From: Octopus bimaculoides
Lineage: Eukaryota
DNA length: 64,000 nucleotides
Assembly (NCBI RefSeq): GCF_001194135.2
Contig: NC_068983.1
Coordinates: forward strand, 69,805,354 to 69,869,353
Reading direction: 5' to 3'
Shown piece after piece: positions 56,330-64,000 of this stretch (positions are counted from its first letter, which is position 1; the number at the start of each line of letters is the position of its first letter). The notes under the pieces are model-generated. The model ran no database searches and was not told the origin of the DNA. It saw nothing but the letters and a program-made list of their open reading frames with translations. A program made the translations under genes and the position numbers.

Positions 56330-57000
56330 ATAAACATACAGAAAGACAAGGCTGGAATGACTTTCATCATAGGCTGATAAATCAAAATTGGATCTCGTAT
56401 TAAGCGATAACAAAGAAGCCCTGTGAGGCAAAGAAGTCTGTATATGGTAGTTAGACCTGCTAGAAACAGCAGATAAAGTTCCCTCAAAAAGCACTCAATT
56501 TTAGAAAATAAAAAGGAAGGACGCTTTAGACAAAGTCTAATACACTTAAAAGGACTATTCACGGTTGGAACATTATCATTTATAAACCGGTTTCATAAAA
56601 GTTAATCAGAGTTTAAACATCAATAACTCTCCCACCATAAAGTCTCTGATTAGGCTTTTAGCCCACTAATTTATATAATGTTCAATCATTCTTCGATAGT
56701 TGTTAGAATCAATCCAGTGAGGAACAACAACTCGTGTGAAATAGTGAAGACTTCATGTACATGAGGAATTTATTCCGATACGGAATGAGAGCATTTATAC
56801 AGCTTGTACATTATCATTCAATAGAACAAAATGGAATTTGAATGAGGGAATGTTTTCGTCTTGCCGTATTCCATGATTAGTAATGAAGATTGAAGAGAAT
56901 TCAATCAAGGAGAAGTTGTCTTATAGCAGGTACAGATATGGAGAACACCATAGTTAATCGCAGACAATGTGCGAGAGAAAGAGAATGTTACCTCTCCGTG
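56330..57000 (+). mobile_element. possible decayed Ty3/gypsy pol remnant
   Basis: Only faint similarity (HSIEQNGI*MRE; GTDMENTIVNRRQC) to the RNase H/integrase zinc-finger region. Confidence 0.2.
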
Positions 57001-58026
57001 CACGTCTTTTATAGCTAGGTAACGAGCGCCACCTCGTTGCTAACGATGTCACAAGGGAATAACTATAGATGACCCTCATCGAAACGTTACGTTACTGATT
57101 CAAATAAGGTTGCCTACAGGCTTTTCTTGCTTTACTGCTTTAACTCATGGAAGACTTACAGTTTTAGCTAGGATACTTTCAGTCATAGATCTATTCGATT
57201 AAAGTCAATCTATGTCTATACAGTAGCAGCAACAAGAACAACTTAGTGTCACTGTAACATTAATTTCATTTAACTGCGAGAAAAACTACTTCTTAATAGG
57301 GAATAGCAGAGTAATTTGCACTAAACAAGGTCTCGGTTAAGATATACTTACTAAATTTTCGATGAAGTGTCTAATTGATCTGGTACTGCTAAACCTTTTA
57401 AATACAGTTTTTCTGTTAGCTCACTTTAGAAAAAAGAAAGAAAAGGATTAATAAAGATATACAGTAAGTTTTTTTTATTTGACGGTGAGGGGACCCTGTG
57501 TCCTGCATTCCAGCTTATCAATGAGTAACAAAAAATGTGGAGAAAGCTGTCTCACACCAAATCAATAAAATATAAATAGTATAAGTTCGTGTAAATGTAA
57601 TCAAAAGAGAATTCTCATGTTTCGAACAGACATAGAGCAACTTTTGAATTAGTTTGTGTATTAATCTTTGATAACATTTTCCAAATTTTGCACGTTATTT
57701 TTGTAGCAGGCTGGAATATGATGTGCCATTTCAATTCGAAATGAGGTAGTCCACTACTGAATGTAGCGTATAGATGTAACGCTTAAAGGTTCTCGTGTCG
57801 GAGTAACCAGTAAACATCGAAGAATCAACACCAAGAAGGAAGAAATATTATTTACATATATTTAATCGTTTGTCCGACAGGTTGTTAAAGAGAAAGTAGC
57901 AATTCTAGTGATAGTAACAACAAAGATGGCTCGCTGGTTGATAGTGTAGAAAAGGTTGTCTGTTAGTAGAGAGTGAAAGAGTAAGGAATGCACGGTGCTG
58001 ACAAGAAAGGATAGAGGTGGCATCGT

Positions 58027-58125
58027 CTTTCTAGCGGCCGAGGAAAGTGTTGTTCTTGGTCATGGCTGAAGCAAAAGAGCGTGTTGCTCCTTGGTCACAG
58101 TTGACACATAAGAGGAAGAGATAGG
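58027..58125 (+). repeat. 99 bp direct repeat, copy 1
   Basis: 4 mismatches versus 60471-60569. Confidence 0.9.
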
Positions 58126-58699
58126 AAATTCTCTCTGTTATATAGACTATGGTCAGTAATGTAAGTCAAACCCTAAACAAAGGACTGACCTTTCCTTGAC
58201 CAGCACAGGTCCTAGGGGGTCGAGTGTTTCCTCATCAATCATCTGGTGTGGAGAGGATTTCCCGTTCGTTTTGACAAGCAACAAGCAGGTAGATTTGGTT
58301 TCAAATCTCAGGCAGAGTCAAACTAGTTCCCTACACTACACTCCTGCTAGAGAGTTTCTAACGAACAATCTAGAGGGAAAATGCATTTTAGGACAAGGTG
58401 AAAATAACATTCAATTGTGAAAAGTATTTTCTTGTTGGTGAATGTGATGCAAGGCTGAGAAAAATGGTGCATATCAGGAGAGAGAATCTTGAGAAGGTAT
58501 ACGGGACAGGTATCTATTCGTGTGAGACCGAATAGTGGTGTCGCTTTGCTTGCGAAGAATGCAGAATATGCTAGTCGGTGCGCGACTGAGGCAGAGTGAA
58601 TGAGTGTGCGCATGAGTGCAGAATGTGCCAGAATGAGGCATTGAGTGAGCGTGCAAGTGTGTATAGATGAGTGCGAAAGAAAGTCCTGCAGCTGTGGAA

Positions 58700-59450
58700 T
58701 ATGCTGAGGCGAGTGAGTGTGTGCATTCTCTATCTATGATATCAGCAAAAGTTTTCTAGCAGGATTGCATTTTGCGTGAAAATGCCTCGAAAGGGGTGCA
58801 GAAGTGAATTGTGTCTGGCGTTGTTGTCGCGGGCATTTGCTAAGATTAGCCCGAACGACGACAATGTGGCATGCTGGCGCGTTGCGTTGGACAAACAATT
58901 TTCTCTATTAACTTCGTGACCAACCTGGGGTCGAACAGAGACAACTTGTGTCTGACAAAAACGCAGAGAGCATGAGTTGACATCCGACGTACACAGAGTC
59001 GGGAAAAAGAGGTGAGTGGGCACAGACATGATGAGAACAACTCTAAAGGTATAATATTGTGGTGCAGGTGTAGAAAGAAATTGCAGACATTCAAAAGGAG
59101 AACCTGTAGTAGAAGCCATGCAATAAAAACAGGTGAGCAATGCGTGTGCATGAAATGTGCAATGCCAATGGCCAACGAGAAAAAAATATATAGAACATTC
59201 AAAAACATATGCATATGAATTCAGTTGTTTTAGTGAAACGGGTTGTCGCAAAAATAAAATCGTTGCGGAATTGAGTGTTACGTGTAAAGGTGTGCAGTGG
59301 GAAAAAAAAAAGAATGAAATATGCAAAAATGACAAACTTGGAAAATTTAACCTCAGAACAAAAAATTGTCTTTATTTTCCAAATGCAATTAAGCTGGTGA
59401 AGCAGAGGCAATCGTGTATTAGAACGTCGGGAAGGATACGCGGCAACGGC
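58700..59450 (+). mobile_element. possible decayed L2/CR1-type LINE 3' region
   Basis: KFNLRTKNCLYFPNAIKLV resembles an L2-type RT C-terminus; upstream similarity faint. Confidence 0.25.
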
Positions 59451-59471
59451 TGTTAGATGAAGGCTGTAGAT

Positions 59472-60465
59472 CAGGGGTTCCCAAACTTTTTTTTTCGCTG
59501 TGGACCACCAAAATAAGTGACTTTTTCTTGCGGACCACCTCAAATTTTAAATTTATCATAAAAGAATTGCTACTCATAAATATTAGTATAATTTTCACTT
59601 TGCAATGAAAATTTCTTTTTCGTTCTTGTAAGGGACACCACAGAGAACAAATAACAAAACCAATTTGCAAATGCACATGATTCTCAAGAAAGCTTTATTT
59701 GACAAAATCGAGTAGAAAAGGTTACTGAGTCGTGGAAAACACCCCCTTTTATTCAGAAAAAAAAAGCTGTACAGTTAAAATATAGTGTGAAGGGTAAATT
59801 CAAAAATTGCGAGGAGTGAAGTTGGGATCAGTACAAAAGGTTATGTAAACGTTTGAAGGAATATAACAAATTGAATTAACTTTAAAATGTCAACGACAAG
59901 TCGTCGAGAAAAACGTCAATAAACCTTCAGTGAGACCCTTGGACTTGCTTTTTATCCACAAGCTGAGAAATCCTTGACTCAAGCGAATTCTCAAATCAGC
60001 ATTGTTGTTGAGGTTCAAACGCCTCCGCTGCTTCGTGAACGAGTGGAGGATAAGGGAAAATCCCTTTTCAGCCAAGTAGGATGTCGGGAGATTTATAATA
60101 AAAGGCTCGACTTGTTCAAACAGCTTTGGATATTCGTGAGAATGATTCAACCAAGCCTCGACCCAATTGTTTTCAGACGATTTGTGCAGATTATCATCTG
60201 AACGCATTCTGGTTGAACAAGTATATCGTTTATAGACATTGTGTGAAGAGAGTTCACCAAAATTGGGATACATAAAGCCAAATGATCTTCAAAACAAATA
60301 GTGACGGATAGATGCCCGATTATATATTTGTGCAAGTCGTTATCTACCACAACAGTTTTTAAGTTCGTGAACTGCAGAAAGTTATGATCTTCAATTTGAA
60401 GTTTCCAAAGAACGAGTTTATTCACAAACACCCTTATCAAGTGTTTGGCTCGTACAATGTTGATG
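59472..60465 (-). mobile_element. hAT (Charlie/Buster-like) transposon, 3' half with transposase remnant
   Basis: TIR CAGGGGTTCCCAAAC at 59472; FVNKLVLWKLQIEDHNFLQF and LPTSYLAEKGFS...KQRRRL...DLRIRLS (hAT C-terminal dimerisation region), frameshifted. Confidence 0.8.
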
Positions 60466-60470
60466 TTTTG

Positions 60471-60569
60471 CTTTCTAGCGACCGAGGAAAGTGTTGTTCT
60501 TGGTCATGGCTGACGCAAAAGAGCGTGTTGCTCCTTGGTCACAGCTGACACTTAAGAGGAAGAGATAGG
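60471..60569 (+). repeat. 99 bp direct repeat, copy 2
   Basis: 4 mismatches versus 58027-58125. Confidence 0.9.
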
Positions 60570-61249
60570 TCTAGTTTAACATTCGTTTATTTTTGTCATT
60601 GAGCATTGAGATGGTTGTGAGGTGTGCTAAAAATAACAGCTAAATAAGATATTTTGGATAAATCTTTTAAATTAAAGTTTATTTGCAAACATCTCGCTCA
60701 GAGATTTAAAACTAACTGTTTATCTCTTTTAAATTAACATAAATGTTTATTTACATGAAAGAAAATTACCGGAGAACTTTCATCTAATTCTTCTAAATCT
60801 TTCTCTTAAAAATTGTAATGTGTTTATCGCATTTGCATTAAAAACTGGTGGTTGTAAGGTGTGCTAAAAACTACGGCTAAATAAGATTTATTTACATGAA
60901 ATAAAATTACCGGAGACATAACAAGTTTACAAATATTCTTTTCTACTCAAGGCATAAGGCCCGAATTTATAGGGGAGGGGACCAGTCGATTAGATCGATC
61001 TTAGTACTTAAATTATCGACTCCGAAAGGATGAAACGACATGTCAACATCGGCGGAGTGTTATTTTCAAGATATTGGCAAGTGTATTTATAAAACCTTCA
61101 AGCAATTTCCGTACTTTCATATTCATCCAAAAACATTATCTTTGATTGCTGTAGTAATTCAAACCTACCGCTAACAAGCATATGTGTTCAGTATCGATGA
61201 TATTGGCATCAGAATGAGAGCATAATACAAGATTCGCATGGTAATCAGA

Positions 61250-61375
61250 GGTCGCCATTTTAAATGCCAACATTTGTTAAATTGACAAGGTGCAGGGGAG
61301 CTCTGATTGGCTGCATGCAAATTGGTACTTTACTGGGGTCCGGAACTCTCGTGGGAAAAATTTTTCGCGGGCGAG
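61250..61375. promoter_or_regulatory. candidate promoter motif cluster (YY1-like, CCAAT, octamer, E2F-like)
   Basis: CGCCATTTT 61253, GATTGG 61305, ATGCAAAT 61315, ATTGG 61321, TCTCGTGGGA 61347, TTTTCGCGGG 61362. Confidence 0.4.
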
Positions 61376-61529
61376 CAAATACCAGGCATTTTGCTTGTCT
61401 TTATGTTCTGAGTCCGGATCTTTCTGAATTGACGGGCACTACTTTTCATTTGTTTTGTGTAGTGTTTTTGGTACCGATACACTTTCAAACTTCGTAAACT
61501 TGTATATTTTGTGTTATAGAACAGATAAA

Positions 61530-61967
61530 AAGTTATTTCATGTAAAAAATTGTCTTATTTCGGTAATTTCAACCAATCACTGACGTCTATTGAGGTGAAA
61601 ACAATTACTGCTATGAATTGTGAACACCACACGTTGTGCGGTGTAATGGGATCTTTTCCCTTGAATAAAATTAGCGCCGTTGTTTGTCAACAACAACTAT
61701 CAGCGGTACTGTTATTTATAACATCGTTCGTGCGTTTGTACTGGTACTCATAACCCTAAAACCCTAACCCTAACTCGAAAACCCGAACCCTAACCCTAAA
61801 ATCCTAAACCCTTACTAGGGAATAACGATATAATTACCAGGGAATAACGTTCTTGACACCGGCAAAAATTATTGTTTACAAAAACAGCAGTAACTGTATT
61901 CAGCTGAATAGACGTCAGTGATTGGTTGAAATTACAGAAATACGACAACTTTAACATGAAATAACTT
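61530..61967. mobile_element. fold-back/MITE-like element with ~80 bp TIRs and internal telomere-like (TAACCC)n tract
   Basis: 61531-61610 is the near reverse complement of 61888-61966; TAACCCTAAAACCCTAACCCTAAC... at about 61751-61812. Confidence 0.7.
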
Positions 61968-62953
61968 GCAATATAGAAATTTTTGTTAAGAAGGCTAGGA
62001 GAAAAAGATGTTTTATGTGACACACTCTACCAGTATCCCAAGCTTGAAAGTGTTTCGTTTAGAAAACAAGTGGTGCCCGTCCAAATTCCGCCGAGGCCGA
62101 TTTTGTCTTCCATCTTTTCGAGATCGATAGAATAAGTACCAGTTGAGCACTGGAGCCGATGTAATCGACCTACCCACCCCTTGTACTAAAAGTTGAAATC
62201 AAATGTTAGTAAACAGAAGTAGGCGGCGAATTGGCCGAATCGTTAGAGAGCTGACTGAGTCGTTAGAAACAAAATGTTTAGCCGCGTTAGTTCCGGCTTT
62301 TTACGTTCTTACTTCAAATCCCAACGAAATTAACTTTGTCTTTTCTAGTGTGTAACATGAAGTACCACTTAAGTACTGGGGTTGTAACTGACTACCATTC
62401 TCCGCCAACATCATCATCACTTGCAAATTTCAGGCCTTGTGCCTATAGTAGACAGGATATTAGGAGTCAAAATGTTTTCATTTTTTTCCTGCTATATTTC
62501 TGAAATGATTAATGTGTTAGTAATCTTTTAATGGCAATTAACTAGTTGACAGCATTCTTTTGTAATATATTTACTTTTGTTGAATCATGCTCAGAGGGCT
62601 ACGATTTCTAAGAGTAAATGGGGGGAGCTTCTACATAGTCACTTGTCATAATTCGTTGTTGAATTCCTTTTACACCTAATCTAGTCGATGAAAAACAATA
62701 ACAACGTAAATAAATACTTGTTATCTATTCTCTATCTAAAGTTATAAAATTAGCTTCTACTCACAGCGTACGAATAGATTTTGTGCATAAACATTCATCA
62801 TTTTGAATAAGTTAGAATGTTAGTGAGGGGAAATAACTATATGAGTTATTGCCCCTCCATTTTGACACTGATACAAGAAAATAAATAATTTGTGGTTAGA
62901 CATTTTAAAACAAATTTTAGTATGAATTCTTTTGTGCTAATATGAATTTTCAA

Positions 62954-63125
62954 CTAAAATACAAATAAATCAAGATCATTGATACTTGGTTACAGTCCAT
63001 TTTCTTCAGTTATGCCACTAATTGCCTTTTGGCTTCCCAACCACATGATTCTGAGGTCAGTTCCACTGCGTGGTACCTTGGGTAAGTGTCTTCTACAATA
63101 GTCACAGGCTGATATATGTACATAC

Positions 63126-63180
<55 letters not shown>

Positions 63181-63600
63181 ATTATTAGGGACAAAATCCA
63201 AAATTACAGGTAAAAAACTCAATTAAAATCAATTTATAAAAAATTAAAATTGGTTATTTTCCCTAAAACTATATATATTATATATATATATATATAAGTA
63301 TTTTTCTATGTATGTATCTATCAAAGTGTGTGACTTTGTATTTGTCCCACACTTCCATTTGACAACTGGTGTTTATTTGTTTATGTCTCCATAACTTCAG
63401 CAAAAGAAATCGATAGAATAAGAACCAGGATTTTAAAAAATAAGCTAAAATACAAATAAATAAAGATTATTGATACTTGGTTATAGTCCGTTTTCTTCAG
63501 TTACGACACTAATTACCTTTTGGCTTCCCATCCACATGATTCTGAGGTCAGTCCCACTGCGTGGTACCTTGGGTACGTGTCTTCTACAATAGCCATAGGT
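62954..63600 (+). repeat. local duplication of ~155 bp (flank + SINE head)
   Basis: 62954-63110 and 63446-63600 are roughly 90% identical by eye. Confidence 0.8.
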
Positions 63601-64000
63601 TACAGTCGAGTGCCTGAAGCAAGAAAAAGATGAAAGATAAAGACCCTAAATCTCTTTCATGTCTACATAAATCAGAATCTTTTTATCTGAGTCTAAAACA
63701 AATAGAACCTGTCTGAATCAAAAGGAAACCGTTAAACTAGTTATTGTGTGGATGGGTTCGTATTTCGGGCATTGGTATGAATCCTTGGAAGCAGTTCATA
63801 TCTAACTACGATAATTTGGTTAGCAAGTAGAATAAAGTAAAAATACATCCTGTAAACAAATCAAATCTTGTAACAAATCTTCGCAGAAGTATGTATCTAA
63901 ACTCCTTTGTAGCTAGGAAGCTGGAACAATCTTTGTCCCATCTTGCATGCACAGGATTTTGAGAGAAATACACATGCAAAGATGTGTTGAAGAAATCATC

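Noticed and set aside
61751-61812. True telomere or chromosome fusion site
   Set aside because: Short, degenerate and enclosed within TIRs of a small element.

Overview
AT-rich, microsatellite-dense animal genomic DNA with 11 N-gaps. The repeat families resemble the tRNA-derived SINEs of octopus, so a cephalopod origin is inferred, not proven. The main content is one spliced + strand gene (about 14.2-34.05 kb) encoding a class C (mGluR-like) GPCR with an unusual architecture: three tandem Venus-flytrap (VFT) domains joined by short CxxxCxxCxxC linkers, no canonical nine-cysteine domain, and a class C 7TM. Six exons join in frame through canonical GT-AG sites (about 1685 aa; the true N-terminus is uncertain). 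VFT2 and VFT3 each sit in one phase-0/phase-0 exon, suggesting exon-module duplication. The rest is TE-rich (DD36E Tc1, hAT, mariner/pogo MITEs, Penelope-like, R4/Dong, CR1-like LINEs, SINEs). A CpG-depleted block at about 39-53 kb next to a CRE/CCAAT/ETS motif cluster at 56 kb hints at a second, small-exon, body-methylated gene that I could not identify.
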